A DNA stretch of 62,361 nucleotides, counting the filler, from Chiloscyllium plagiosum (Eukaryota), in NCBI RefSeq assembly GCF_004010195.1. It is 3 parts of one record of this genome, joined end to end, with 100 filler letters (N's around TTAATTAATTAA, not from the genome) between each part and the next. Parts side by side here need not be neighbours in the genome. Positions count along the whole stretch, not along the records: positions 1 to 30,718 come from NC_057713.1; 2 more parts are not named here. One strand, given 5' to 3'. The first letter of the stretch is position 1. Each line of letters begins with the position of its first letter. Under the pieces are notes generated by a model. The model had not been told where the DNA came from. It saw only the letters and a list, made by a program, of their open reading frames with translations, and made no database searches. Both the position numbers and the translations under genes were made by a program. This document shows, piece by piece, positions 11,981 to 25,830 of the stretch.

Positions 11981-14414
11981 CTTCTGTATTTGCAACATAC
12001 TAAAGTTAAACCATCAAATACTCCCAATAATCACTCCAATCGTTCCAAACCAGACTTTTCAATAATCAATCCCAGACTTAGCAAATAATTTCCAGGTGCC
12101 AGTTTTTATCTTAAATAAAATGTTTAACTATTTATTAAATACACAATAATTCTGTACTTACAACACAGTAATCTAACATGTATGCTTTAAACCTACAACA
12201 TTTGTTTTCAGACCCCATTCACTCAAGGTTAAGGGATAAGTAAAGAAAAATGAAAAAACTTGCCAAATTAGTTAAACGGATTTCATGATGTATTGCTTCA
12301 CAGGCATAGATGTTTATTTGGTTGCTTTTCTAGAATCACTGATCAGGGTCACCTTTGTTGCTCACTCAGGCAAAGACACTTTTCACTTCGCTTTCTACTC
12401 TTTGGGTAGAAAGGGCACTGTGACAGATTAGACAGGGAGCTTTCAAACTTTCATGCTATCTTGTGAGCAGCTAAGCCTACTTCTCTGAAAAGACAGTTTG
12501 AAAAAAAAAGTTCGATTCTGGTTCCACCCTGATAGACTGAACATTTTTGAGGCCTCAGTTACCATTCAAAGACTGCCACCTGCTTGAATATAGGGTCTCT
12601 TCCAGATATGCCAGAACCAGTTGCCAGATATTGACCTTGTTAATAGCTAACCACTGTTTAACCACAATGCTCTTTCTGAGTTGCTGTGTCTGTTGAAACT
12701 TTTTATGTCAAGGTACAGCCTGCAATTTGCCTTCAGGCCTGGCTTCACAAGCAAACAAAGCTTGTTTGGTCTGTTCTTTTCCTTTTACGGCAAGCCATTT
12801 TGAAGTCCCCAAATCATTGCTCATGAGTCCACATTAATAAATCCAAGTTGATAGCATAGTGGTATTATTGCTAGAATATATTAATCCAGAAACTCAGTTG
12901 ATGTTCTGGGGACCTGGGTTCAAACTCACTAAAACAGATGGTAGAATTTGGAATTCAATAAACATAATAAAAATAATATCTGGAATTAAGAATCTAATAA
13001 TGATCATGAAACCATTTTCAATGGTCAGAAAAACCCTTTTGATTCTTTAAGGTCCTTCAATGGTCAGAAAAACCTTCTGATTCGTTAATGTCCATCAGGG
13101 AAGAAAATCTCTTATCCTCACCTGGTCTGGCCTACATGTGACTCTAAACCCATAGCTATGTGATTGACTCTCAATTGTCTGCTGAAATGGCCTAAGCTAT
13201 TAAGTTGTATCAATCTCTACAAAGTCTCAAAAGAAATGGATTTGGATGGATCAACTACCATCAACCTAGGCACTGGAAACGACAACAGCAGAAACAGCCT
13301 GTTGACACTAACCTTCTCCTCACTAACATCTGGGGGCTGGTGCTAAAATAGGGAGAGTTGTCAAGCAACAGCCTGACAGTCATACTCATGGAATTATACC
13401 TCACAGACAGCCAATGAAGCAGACACCACTACCATTATCTCTGGATATGTCCTTTCCCATCAGCAGGACAGATCCAGCAGAGGTGGATCAGGAGGGGGTT
13501 GTGCTGGGAGTCTTTAACATTAACTTTTCAACTTCAAATCTCATGGCTTCAGGTATACCTTCTACTAATTATCATGTACCATCGTCCCTCGGTTGATGAA
13601 TCGCTACTGCTCCATATTGAACAACAATTGGAGGAAGCATTGAGAATAGCAAGGGCATGAATTGCACTCTGGGTGGGAGGGGATTTCCATATCCACTAAC
13701 AGTGGCTTGGCAGCAACACTGACTAAGCTGGTCAGGTCCTAAAGAACATAGATGCTAGATTGGATATGCAGCAGGTGCTGAGGGAACCAACAAGAGGAAA
13801 AACATTTGATCTCATCCTTAATCTGCCGCTGCAGATGTATCTCTCCATGGCAGTATCAATTCAATTGACAATTGCAAGTCCTTGTGGAGACAGTCCCACT
13901 TCATATCAACAATAAACTCCACTGTGTTGTGTGGCATTAACACAATGCTAAATTGGATAGACTTTGAACAGATCTGCAGATTCAAGACTGAGTATCCATG
14001 AGATGTTGCGGACCATTTACAGCAGCAGAATTGTACTCCAGCAACTTCAAGGACTGGCATATTACCCACTCAACCATTACCATCGAGCTAAGGGATCAAT
14101 CCTGGTTCAATGGAGAGTGCAGGAGCACATGCCAGGAGCAGCACCAGGCATTCCTAAAATTGAGATGTCAACCTGGTAAAGCTACCAAGCATTACTACTT
14201 TCATGCTAAACAGCATAAGCATCAAATCATAGACCGAGCTAATCAAACCCACAACCAACAGATCAGATCTAAGCTTTACAGTCCTGCCACATCCAGTCAA
14301 CAATGGTAGTGGGCAATTAAACAAATCAGTGGAGGGGGAGACTCCACAAATATCCTAATCCTTAATGATGGGGCAGCCCAGGATATTAGTGCAAATAGAA
14401 GGCTGAAGCATTTA

Positions 14415-14718
14415 GGGAGACACAGTGGCTCAGTGGTTAGCACTGCTGCCTCACAGTGGCATGGACCAAGGTTCCAATTCCTGCCTTGGGTGACTGGTTG
14501 TATGGAGTTTGCTCGTTCTCCCCACATCTGTGTGGGTTCCTCCCACAACCCAAAGATGTGCAGCTCAGATGAGTTGGTCATGCTAAATTGCCCGTAGTCT
14601 TAGGTGCATTAGTCAGGATAAATATAGGGTAGGGAAATGGGTCTGGATAGGTTACTCTTTGGAGGGTCAGTATGGACTTGTGGAGCCAATTGGCCTGTTT
14701 CCTATTGTAGGGTGTCTA
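14415..14718 (+). mobile_element. HE1-type SINE
   Basis: Head gtggctcagtggttagcactgctgcctcacag and tail ggcctgtttcc. Confidence 0.88.
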
Positions 14719-14871
14719 GTCATTCACAACAATCATCAGAAAGGAGTGCTGAGTAGATGATCAATCCCTTGATCCTCCAGGAGTCCCCAGAATTACAAAT
14801 TCAGTCAATTTGATCTACTCCATGTGATATCGAGAAACAATTGAAGGCAAAGGCTATGGACTCTGACAACA

Positions 14872-15502
14872 ATTACTGGTAGGGCCTTCGGTAATATTGT
14901 AGAACAGAAGGACCAAGGGTACATAACTCTTTGAAGTTTGCATCATATATAGACAAGGTGGTTAAAAAGGCATTTGAAATGCTTGTCTTCATTGCTCAGT
15001 ACTTTGAGTACAGAAGTCATGTTGAGGTTGTTCATGACATTGGTGAGGCCTCCTCTCGTGTACAGCGTCCAGTTCTGGTTGCCCAGTTATAGGCAGGATA
15101 TTAGGCTGGAGAGGGTTCAGAAGGGATTTACCAGAATGTTGCTGGATATAGAAGGTTTGAGTTATGAAGAAACACTGGATAGACTGGGACTTTTTTCATT
15201 GGAGTGTAAGAGATTTATAACACAATGAGGGGTATGGATAGAGTTAATGGTAGCTGTCTTTTCCATTGGATGGGGAATTTCAAGACCACGGAGCACATTA
15301 AGGTCCCTCATGTCTTTTGAAATACTGGTTTGGGTGTAGAATAAACTTTGTGGAAGTGGTGTATGTGGATATAATTACAGTATGGATAGCAAAAGTTTGG
15401 AGGGATATGGGCCAGGAACAGGCCGGTGAGACTAGTTTAGTTTGGAATTATGGTCAGCAATTGAAGGGTCTGTTTCCGTGCTGTATGACTCTATGACACT
15501 AT
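14872..15502 (+). mobile_element. CR1 3' fragment
   Basis: TLVRPPLVYSVQFW..LERVQKGFTRML; ends in tgactcta-type repeats. Confidence 0.85.
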
Positions 15503-16073
15503 GGAGAAAGTGAGGACTGCTAATGCTGGAGATCAGAGTCAAGAGTGTGGTGCTAGACAAGCACATCAGGTCAGGCAGCATTTAGAGCAGGAGAATTGGT
15601 GCTTCAGGCAAAAGCCCTTCACCAAGAATGAGTCTTTACAAGCCAGTGGGGTGGGAAGATAAATGGGAGAAGGTGGGGCTGGGGACAAGGTAGCTGAAGT
15701 GCGATAGGTGGATGGGAGGTGGGGGTAATGGTGATAATTCGGAGAAGAGGTTGGAGCAGATAGGTGAGAAGGAAGATGGACAGATAGGACAGGTCATGAG
15801 GGCGGTGCTGAGTTGGAAGGTTGCAACTGGGATAAGGTTGGTGGAGAGGAAATGAAACTGCTCTCCAACCTATCACCATTACCCCCGCCTCCATCTATCC
15901 TTTGCACTCTCAGGTACCTTGCCCCCAGCCCCATATCCCTCCCATATATCTCTCCACCCCCTTGGCTCACAAGCCTCATTCTTGATAAAAGGTTTTTGTC
16001 CAAAACGTCGATTATCCTGCTCCTCAGATGCTGCCTGACTGCTGTGCTTTTCTCGCACCACACTCTTGACTCT
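15503..16073. mobile_element. Penelope-like element (family A) inverted terminal pair
   Basis: Left arm ~15535-15760 is the reverse complement of right arm ~15858-16073; G-rich/C-rich UTR; degenerate hammerhead cores in both arms. Confidence 0.75.
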
Positions 16074-16234
16074 ATGACAATAACATTCTAGGAATAGTAC
16101 TGAAGATTTGTGCTTTAGAACTTGCTCCTCCCCTAGCCAAGCTTACCCAGAACAGTTTCAAAACAGGCATTTGCCTGACAATGTGGAAAATTGCCTGGGT
16201 ACTTCCTATACATACAGAGCACTCAATGGAAGGT

Positions 16235-17490
16235 GTTACCAACAGTGTTGCCTGACCTGCTGAGTTTCTTTTTGCAGCAATTTTTGTTTGTTTCTTGTTC
16301 ACCAGCACCTGAAGTTCTTTGGTTCTTTGTTTAATGCTTAACTCATTGCCATATCTCTTCCAGGTATGCCCACATTGAAGTTCTGCACGTCTCTCCATCA
16401 GGACCTCAGTTCTATTTTTTATTGTGGGGACATGGTTATTACTTGCATTGTCTGTCCTGGTGTTTGACAAGTTATTTGTGAAAACTCACTACCACAGCCA
16501 CATCACATTTCTTAATGACTGCCTCCAGCTCAGACTGACCCTAAGTGGATTCCAACTCTAGTATTGAATATTGAATCCACCATAATATGCAATGTTCCAC
16601 AGGTACCTGTTCTCACTGCTTTCAGAGATCCACATTCAGTCCTACGCATTGCAATATGCTCACTCTCGAACTCTGTCAGCACTGCCTCATGCTGGTTCAG
16701 AGCAGTCTTATCCAGTTCCACTTCATCCTCCAGGTTATTTGATGTTCTAACAAGATATTTTTTTTTTCCTTTCAGACATTAAGGAATGCAAGATGCAACA
16801 ACTCAGATTTACCATACCCCTCTGGAACCTCCCTCACTTCCACTTCCCTCTGACTCCATGTCATCTCCCAATGCCACCTCTTGTTGTGTATTTACTATTC
16901 CTTTTGAATCTTCATTCTGATACCAAACATTCTATACTAGTAAAAAGTCTTAGTTTTATCCCTTTGTCCCCTACCTCAAATGAATTTTGGGCATAACATG
17001 ACATTGAACTCTTGTCCCATCACTTCCTTTGGCAAGAATCCTCTTCCCATCCAATAGATTCCTTTATCCATCTGGACACCCACCCATTGTTTCTGCCTGC
17101 TCCTGCCTCTCAGAACTCATCTCTTCCCACCTCAACTTGATTATTTCTCTTTGCCCAGCCACTTTCCACTTGCATCAGTGTTACCTCTGATGCTTTGTTA
17201 GTTTCATAACCTCCAGTTTGCAGGCCTCAGGTACCCCATCTTTACTGTGGAGGTGCAATTCCTTTACACGCCCAATCCTCATCTGGCTGATTTCTGGGCT
17301 CCACGTTTTCCTGGAAAAAAATGCCTGAATCATCCCCCTCCATCAATGCCTCTTCTGCCTGGCTGAGCTGGCCCTCACATTTGAAAAACTCCTACCTTTC
17401 TGGAAAAAAAGTTCACCAGATCCAAAATATTAACTGTTTCTCCAAAGGTCCTGCCTGACCTGGGTTTTGAGCAATTTCTGATTCTGTTTA
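16235..17490 (+). mobile_element. Decayed Penelope-like element
   Basis: LSFIPL..NEF (16950-16990) and FTVEVQFLYT (~17240) resemble PLE N-terminal and RT motifs; gcctgacctg...gcaattt segments at both ends. Confidence 0.6.
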
Positions 17491-18504
17491 TGATTTAAAA
17501 AAAGAACTGTGGATATTGGCTCTCATTGGAGAAAATGTCTGAGACTTCATGAGCTGGTCCATATAGCTGTCAAAACTATTGTCATCCAGAAATCACAAGC
17601 ATAGTGTCCTGGGCTGCTATTCAGAAAGTAAGTGATCCAGGGTCAACTCCAGGATCAAATGGGTACAGTTAAAATAGTTCAGAGTAAGAAGAGACAGCTT
17701 GTACTTATGCAACACCACATGAGATCTGCTGATATATTTCAAATAAGTTATGACAGAGAACTTGACTTCTCACTGTTTTGCATAATGCCAGGAACATATA
17801 ATATTGATCAGTCACAAGAAATAATAAATAATGTTTTAAAATTATTTCACCTTCTAGGAAAGCAATCTGTGGACAATTTTGGCTATATATGTGCATACTG
17901 TTTTACTTCATAAAATTCAGTGGGCATTCATCCTGTATTTAAATTTTTCTCAGTGCTATGTAGCTACTGTGTAGCAAAGGAAACTGAAAACAATATTATA
18001 GTGTTTGTTTTCAGGATGTCACACAATACTAGTAGGATACCATTGATATCTTTCAACCTGATGAAAATTAAGTTCTTACTCTGTAGATCTTTATTTCGTC
18101 AGACTGTTGTTTTTGGTTCAAAGTTCAGGCCAAAAGTAAAAGGAAAATATGGAATCGGAACGTGATCTGCATGTTTATTAGAATTTTTGATATCATTGCT
18201 TATCTAAAAATATGCAATTTTTGGGGATATTTTACCATTATGTGGAGATATTGAAATATCTGGCTCCCAAAATGATGATGAATGATGCAAACAACAATAA
18301 TACATATAATTGACAATTTTTCTAATTTGAAGCTGTGAAATAAAATGAAATATGCATAATTGTTTTTTATAATCTTCCATTAACGCAATGTATTTTGAGG
18401 TATACACAAAATTAGAACTAATGTCTTCACAATGGCAAAACCTACTGGGATCTATTTTATGTAGAAATAATGTTAAAGGCAGCAATGTTCACAATAGCAG
18501 AAAG

Positions 18505-18992
18505 TTCAACTAGAGGATGGACCATACTGGATCTTGTATTGGCTAGCGAGCTGGCCACGTCACTGACCTTTCAGTGGAAAATCATTTTGGAAACAGCGAT
18601 CACAACTCCTTAAGTTTTAAGATAACTATGAATAAAGATAAGTCAGGACCTTTTGGGAAAGGTAGGGCAAATTATGACAGTATTAGGCAGGAGCGAGGAA
18701 GAGTTAATTGGGAGCAGCTGTTATTGGCCAGGTTAAGGACCTATTAGTCAGAGTTCAGGACTGGCATGTTTCAGTAAGAAGAAGGGACAAGGTAAGGGAC
18801 CCTTGGGTAATGAGGGAGGTTATGAATTTAGTCAAAAGGGAAAAGAAACATGTATGGTTCAGGAAGATAAAATTGGACAGGGCTTGAGGAACATAAAGAA
18901 ATCAGGAAAGAACTCAGGCAGAGAATTAGGAGAGCAAGGAGGGACCATGAAATGACCTTGGCAAGTCAGACTAAACAGAATCCTAGGGCATT
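18505..18992 (+). mobile_element. CR1 ORF2 fragment (EN end/linker)
   Basis: ILDLVL and FGNSDHN codons (ctggatcttgtattgg; ggaaacagcgatcacaac). Confidence 0.8.
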
Positions 18993-21545
18993 CGATAGAA
19001 CATGGAACAGTACACGACAGGAACAGAACCTTCAATACACAATATTTTACCAAACATGACGCCAAATTAAACGAACCCCTTCTGCATGCCCATGGTTCAT
19101 GTCACTTCATTTTTTGCTTATTCATGTGTATATCTGAAAGCCCCTTAAATGCACCTATTGTGTCTGCCTCCTCCACCACCCCCTACCTCTGGCAGAGTGT
19201 TCTGGGCATCTACCATTCTGTGTAAAAAAAAGATTGTCCCTCACTTTGCACTTTCCACCTCTGACCTTAAATGCATCTTTTCTAGTATTAGACATTTCAA
19301 CTCTGGGAAAAAGGCTCCAGCTATCAATCCTATCTGTGCATCTCAATTTTATAAACTTCTATCAGGTCTCCCCTCAGCCTCTGCCATTCCAGAGAAAACC
19401 ATCCTAGTTTTCCAGTCCCTCCTTATACCTCATACCCTCTAATTCAGGCAACATCACAATAAACCTCTTCTGAACCCCCTCCAGAGCCTCCATATCCTTC
19501 CTGTAATGTGTCAACCAGAATTGAATGCAATGCTCTAAGTATGGCCTAACCAAAATCTTATAAAGCTGCAACATGACATCCAGACCCTTGTACTGAATGC
19601 CCTGACCAATAAAGGCAAGCATGCCATACACCTTCTTTATTATCCTATCTACTTTTGTGGCCACTTTCAGGGAGTTATGGACTAGGACCTTAAGATCGCT
19701 CTGTACATCAATACTATTAAAGGGACCACCTGCTGCACTTGCATGTCAATCTTTGATGACCATTCTGCCATGACACCCAAGTCTCATTGCACCTCGCCTT
19801 TTCCATAGCAGCCACCGTTCAAATAATAATCTGCCTTCCCGTTTTTGCCACCAAGGTGGACAACCTCACAATTATCGACATTATATTGCATTTTCCAAAT
19901 ATTTGCCATTCAGCCAGCCTGTCCAAGTCACTCTGCAACCTCTTAGCATATTCCGTGCAGCACACACTGCCACCCAGTTAGTGTTGTCTGCAAATTTGGA
20001 GCTATTACATCAATGATTTCGACAAAGGAATGAAAGCATGTTGTGAACAGTTGGGGTCCCAGCACTGAACTCTCCAGGACCCCACTCATCACTGCGTGCC
20101 ACTCTGAAAAGGACTGTTTATTCCAATTTATGGTTTCCTGTCAGCCAATCAATTCTCTATCCAGAAAGTTCAGGTGCACATCATCCACTGATTCACCATT
20201 GTCCACTCTACTGGTTACTTGCTCAAATTCCAGAAGATTTGTTAGACATGATTTAGTGAATCCATGTTGACTTGGACCAATCCTGTTACCACTTTCCAAA
20301 TGTGGAGTTAATACATACTTAATAACTGACTCCAGTGTTTGCTTCCACTGATGTCAGGCTAACCAACCTATAATTCACTATTTTCTCTTTCCTCCTTTCT
20401 TCTAAAAAGTGCGGTTATATTATCTACCATCCATTCAATTGGAACTCCTCCAGAGTCTATAGAATGCTGGAAAATGATCACCAGTGTGTCCACTATTTCA
20501 TGGGCCACTTCCTTAAGTACTCATATATGCCTCACAGCACAGTTAGCTTTTTTTAAGTTCAGGACCCTAGTCACAGATTTAACTATGTCTCTCTCCATCT
20601 TAATGAAGAATTCTATCATTATGGTCACTCTTCTCCAAAGGATATGGCACCACAAGGTTACGAACTAGTCCTCTTTCACCACAATTCCCAATGTAGGATG
20701 ACCTGCTCTCGAGTTGGTTCTTCAACCAATATGTCAAGAAAGCCAACCCACATACATTCCAGGAAATCCTCCTCCATCAGATTGGACTAGTCAAACTGGT
20801 AGTAATTAATATGCATATTGAAGTCATCCATTTACTACATGCACCTTAATTTCTGTTTGATGCCATCCTCAACCTCAACTACTGTTTGGTGGTCTGCACA
20901 CAACTCCTATGTATGTTTTTTTTTAATCCCATTTGGTATACCGCAGTTCCACCCATATAGATACTACACTGTCCAGGCGAATGTCCTTCCTTACTAATTG
21001 TGTTAATCTCCTACTTCACCAGTAATGTTACTTCACCTCCCCTTCCTGCCCCATCTTTTCAGAAATTTGAAAACTCTTGGATGTTGAATTCCCATCCTTG
21101 GAGACCTGGATCCAGGATGAACATGATCTCAATTACATCATATTTAATAATAACTATCTGCATAGTTAATTCATCCACATTTTACAAATGCTCCTCACAT
21201 TGAGACACAGCCTTCAGGCATGTTTTTGACATTTGTTGCCCTTTTAGAATCATCATGTAATGAGGCCTTTTTTGATTTTTACCTTTGGTTTCTCTGTCTT
21301 CCACTTTTCCCCTCCCTGCCTTTTGCATTTGTCCCCACTTTACTTCCCTTCAACTTCCTGCATTTGTTCCCATCTCCTTGCCATATTAATTTAAACTCTC
21401 CCAACAGCACGAGCTAACAGTACCCGCAAGACATTGGTATCAGTCCTGCCCAGGTGCAGACTATCTAGTTTCTACTCATCCCACCTTCCCCAAAAGCAGT
21501 TCCAGTGTCTCAGGAATTTGAATCTCTCTCTCTTGCACCAGTTCT
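18993..21545 (-). mobile_element. Adjacent minus-strand CR1 fragments (3' end to ~19720, then an older copy)
   Basis: LYKILVRPYLEHCIQFW ORF; FADN-like codons near 19985; decayed EN and ORF1 C-terminal sequence towards 21500. Confidence 0.8.
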
Positions 21546-21744
21546 CATGTCACAGTTATCCCCTACTCAATAATGGGGAGCTCGATACATTGTTGTTAAA
21601 AATAAGACTGAAGCATTCACAATAATTATTGGCAAGACCCGTCAAATAGATAATCCATTTCATTCTCCATCCAGCTGTCCTCAGCACCATAAATGCCAAT
21701 CTTAAGCCATTTTGATTAATTTAACATAGTATGAACAAATGACT

Positions 21745-24700
21745 GAAATCAATGGACTCTGCAAAAGCTAAGGACCCTGATGACCTTCTGGCAAAATGCT
21801 CCAGGACAACCAAGATGTTCCGTACAACTATAATGTAGATATAGATATGTAATATACATCTACCCAACAGTGTAGAATAGTACTCAGTTATATCCTGTAC
21901 ACAAAAAGCAGGACACATCCAACCCAGCCAATTACTGCCCCATCAGACTATACACAAAGAGATGGAAAGGACCATCAGCAGTATCAGCAAGCAGTGTAAG
22001 TGTCACGATAACCTGCTCACTGATGTTCACTTTGGGTTTGACTAGAGCAATTCAGTCCTTCCCTCCTTACAGCTTTCTTTCAAACATTGGGGGAGGAAAA
22101 AAAAGCTGAATTCCAGAGATAAGGAAGAGTAATTGCTCTTGATGTCAATGTCTTATTTGACAAGCTATGGCATCATTGAACTCTAGCAAAACTAGAGTCA
22201 ATGAGAATCAGTTGGGGATGGTGAATCTGCATTGTTTGGAGACATACCTGGCATATAAGAAATAGTAATTGCTGGAAGTCAGTTATCCCAGCTCCAGGAT
22301 ATCTTGAAGGAAGATTTTCAAGGTAACAGAAACTAGAATTCCGTATAAGCCATCAGCTCTTTGAGCCTGCACTGCGATTCAGCATGATCATAGCTGATCC
22401 TTTATCTCAAAACCATATTCATTCCTTGTTGCCTTTACTATCCTTTTTTCTTGAATATACCAGTTTTAACAAATTCCGCAAGTTTACCAACTCTCAATTC
22501 AAAACTGTTTCCTCATCTCAGTACTAAATGACATATCTGCAGACAGTGATCCCTGGTTCTAGAATCTCCAACCAGGAGAAGCATCCATCCTTCATCTAGT
22601 CTCTAGCCCTGTTAGAATTTTATTTGTTTCAATCAGATCCCCTCTCATTCTTTTAAACTCTCGTGAATACAGGCCCAGTCAAAAATCCCTCCTCATACTT
22701 CCATTCCTGATATCAGCCAGTGAACATTCTCTGCATTCCTCTTGCAAATACATTCTTCTGGCTAGGGCAACCCAAATCTACATACAATAGGCCAAGTGTG
22801 ATCTCACCAAGGCTCTAAGCAATAAGACAAGTGTACATCTGAATTTAAATCCTTTGCTTACCTGATTGCTTTCTGCACCTGTTTTTTTCTAATTTGATTG
22901 ACTGGTATAGAAGAAAATGCAAATCTTTGCATCCATATTTCCCAATATATCACCATTAAAATAATACTTTGCTGTTATTAGTTTTCACACCAAAATGTAC
23001 AACATCACTTCATCTGCCCATAAACTGTCTACATACTCAACTTGTGTTTATCATTCTGAAGCCTCTTTGCATCCATTAGACCATAAGAAGTGTAATAGGA
23101 GTAGACCATTTGGCCCGTCAAGCCCGCTCCACCATAGCCGATCTGATACTCCATTTCTAATTTCCTGCTCTTTCTCCATAGTACTTCATCCCATTACTGA
23201 ATAAGAATCTCAGTCTTAAATATACAGAAGTATTTTGCGCACAGTTCTGTGATAAAGAATTCCAAAGATTCTGAACCCTCAGATGGAATTCCTCCTCATC
23301 TTAGCCTTAAAGTAGCATCCCTTAATTTTAAGGTCTGCCTCTGGCCCTAGATTCTCCCATGAGTGGGAACATCCTCCTATCCTGTCAAGCCCCTTAAGAA
23401 TCCTATATGTTTCAATGAGATCACCTCTAAAATCTTCTAAATTCAAAAAAAAGTAGTGTTCCAACTTGTTAAGCCTTTGCTTATGAGACAATCCCTCCAT
23501 ACCAGGGATCACCCTCATGATCTGCCTCAAATGAAACAATTCCTTTCCTTAAATAAGTGGACCAAAACTGCTCACAGTACTCCAAATGTGATTTCACTAG
23601 CACCTTGACAGTTGCAGTAAGACTTCCCTACTCTTATATTCCAAACCCCTTGAGATAAGGGCCAACATCTATTAGCCTTCCTGATTACCTGGCTAGCTTT
23701 TTGTGCTTCATGCACAAGTGCCCCCCCAAATCCCTTTGTGTGGTATCTTCCAGCAGTTTTTCTCTATTTAGCCATACTCCTCACAAAATTACAATCATCT
23801 AGTTTTATGTTCTTAGCAAACTTGGAAATATTGCATTTGATTCCCTCATCCAAGTAATTTACATACAATCAGAGCACTGAGTCAAGCACTTATCCCTGCA
23901 ATACACCACTGATGACTGCCTGCTTCCTAGAAAAGTAATTATGTGTATTCACTGCTTCTGACCACCAATTTTCAATCCATATCAGTATATTATTCGTAAT
24001 CCTGTGTTTTGACTTTGCTCACTTGTCTCTTGTGAGGGACATTATCAAAAGCTTGCATGAAATTCAAATACACCACATTCTCGGCATCTCTTACTATTCT
24101 ACTAGTTATATCCTTAAATTCCAGTAGATTAGTTAAGTATGAATTCCAATTTTTAAAACAATGCTAACTTTGTCTCATCATCACTTTCCAAGTGAATCAC
24201 ATCTTTCATAATAGACTCTAATACTTATTGATATTAGGCTAATTGATCTGCAATTCCGTTTTCCTCTCCCACCTTTACTAAAGGTGGGATTACATTTGCC
24301 ACTATCCAATTTGGAGGAACCATTCCAGAGTCAACAAAACTTTGGAAGATGATCACCAATGCATCCAATATTTCCAGGACCAGTTTGTTTAATACTTGGA
24401 GGATGCAGATTATCAGGCCCTGGAGATTTGCCAGCATTTAACCCATGAAATTCTCTGGCACCACTTATTTACCAATATTGATTTTTCTTCAATTCCTCCC
24501 TGAGTAGATCCTCGGTTCCCTATCATATTTGGAAATTTGTTTGCGCTCTCTTTTGCAGATAGAACCAAAACATGCCTTTATTTTTTGTTCCTCATTATAG
24601 ATATCCCCATTTCTGACAGTAAAGAATCTATATTTGTCCTTTTCTCTTAAAGAAGATTTATAAAAAACTTTATAGTCAGTTTTTATGTTCCCTACAGTTT

Positions 24701-25830
24701 TACTCATGTTTTATTTTCCATTTTTGCTCAGTCTTTTTTTTTGCTGAATTCTAATCTGCTTCTAGTCCTGAAGCTGGTTGCTTTTTCTGTTTTTATGTTC
24801 CCTACAGTTTTACTCATGTTTTATTTTCCATTTTTGCTCAGTCTTTTTTTTTTGCTGAATTCTAATCTGCTTCTAGTCCTGAAGCTGGTTGCTTTTTCTG
24901 GCAATTATGTGCCTCCTCATTGCATTTAACACTTAATTTCTCTTGTGAGCCATAGCTGAACTTCCTTTCCCATTCTATTTTTGTGGCAGATAGAAATAAA
25001 TAAATGTAATTCACGCATACACTTATTAACTATTACCCATCCCTACTCACTGCCAACCTTTCAAATAAGATTCCCAAATTCATTATTTCCAGCACTTGCC
25101 TTTTACCCTAGAAATGTAATTCCCTTTTAGAATCAGTACCTTAATTTTGGATTCAAATTCTTCACTCTCCATCTTAATGTTGCCTTCCCCTCTCCCCCAA
25201 GAACTCCACTCTACATGATTGCTAATTAATCACTACCCAGTATGAAATATCCTACTCAAGTAAGTTTGTCAATGTGTTGGTTTATAAAAATCATCATGAA
25301 TATACTCCAGGAAATCTTCCTCCACAGTAATATTGCGTATTTGGTTTGTCCAATGTGGAAAATGATTAAACTCACACATGATTCCCATTATACCCTTACT
25401 GCATGCATTTTGAATCTCTTGTTTTTGCTTTCTCTAGTATCCCAGACTCAACCACCTTCAGCTGCTTCAGACAATATTCCCTCCATCATAAGTTCAGAAG
25501 TAGAATGTTCACTGATGATTACGTAATGTTCAGCATGATTTGTGACTCAGATATTGGTGTAGTCCATTTACAAATGCAATAAGACTGGACAACATCAGTG
25601 TGGTGTAATGTATTGAGAGATGTGTCAAAGAGTTGCACACCATGGAAACAGACTCTTCAGTCCAACTTGACCGTGCCAACCAGATATCCTAAGTTAATCT
25701 AAATCCATTTGCCAGGATTTGGCCTATACATCTTTAAACTCTTCTTATTCATATACTCATCCAGATGCCTTTTAAATGTTGCATTGCACCAGTCTCCACC
25801 ATTTCATCTGGCAACACCTTCTGCGTGAGT
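21745..25830. mobile_element. Nested LINE cluster: second-lineage RT on + (21745-22325, 25455-25600) split by minus-strand CR1 pieces (22325-25435), followed by a CR1 3' end (25630-25830)
   Basis: NPANYCPI codons near 21920 and FADD-like codons at 25505 on +; minus ORFs RGDLIETYRIL and WIVANVIP. Confidence 0.7.
24679..24899 (+). repeat. 110-bp tandem duplication
   Basis: 24679-24788 equals 24789-24899 except for one T in a homopolymer run. Confidence 0.95.

Larger units (their letters stand above)
11584..12830. mobile_element. Possible LTR-like remnant hosting an inverted SINE pair
   Basis: Starts TGTTATGA, like the 8370 terminus; the other end is poorly defined. Confidence 0.3.
12852..16210 (+). 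mobile_element. Second-lineage CR1-group LINE with tRNA-like 5' head (interrupted by SINE, CR1 and PLE)
   Basis: A-box-like TAGCATAGTGG (12852) and B-box-like GGTTCAAACTC (12917), then degenerate EN (N-I-x-G-L near 13326; GDF-x-I-H near 13680) and pre-RT text (IVLKICALELAPPLAKL..MWKIA) at 16085-16200. Confidence 0.65.

Noticed and set aside
13017..13095. 39-bp-period local duplication
   Set aside because: Ordinary slippage inside a decayed repeat.
17620..18170. Splice-like signals (GTAAGT at ~17628; TTTTCAG at ~18014) and short ORFs
   Set aside because: No coherent exon or recognisable protein; expected by chance in AT-rich DNA.
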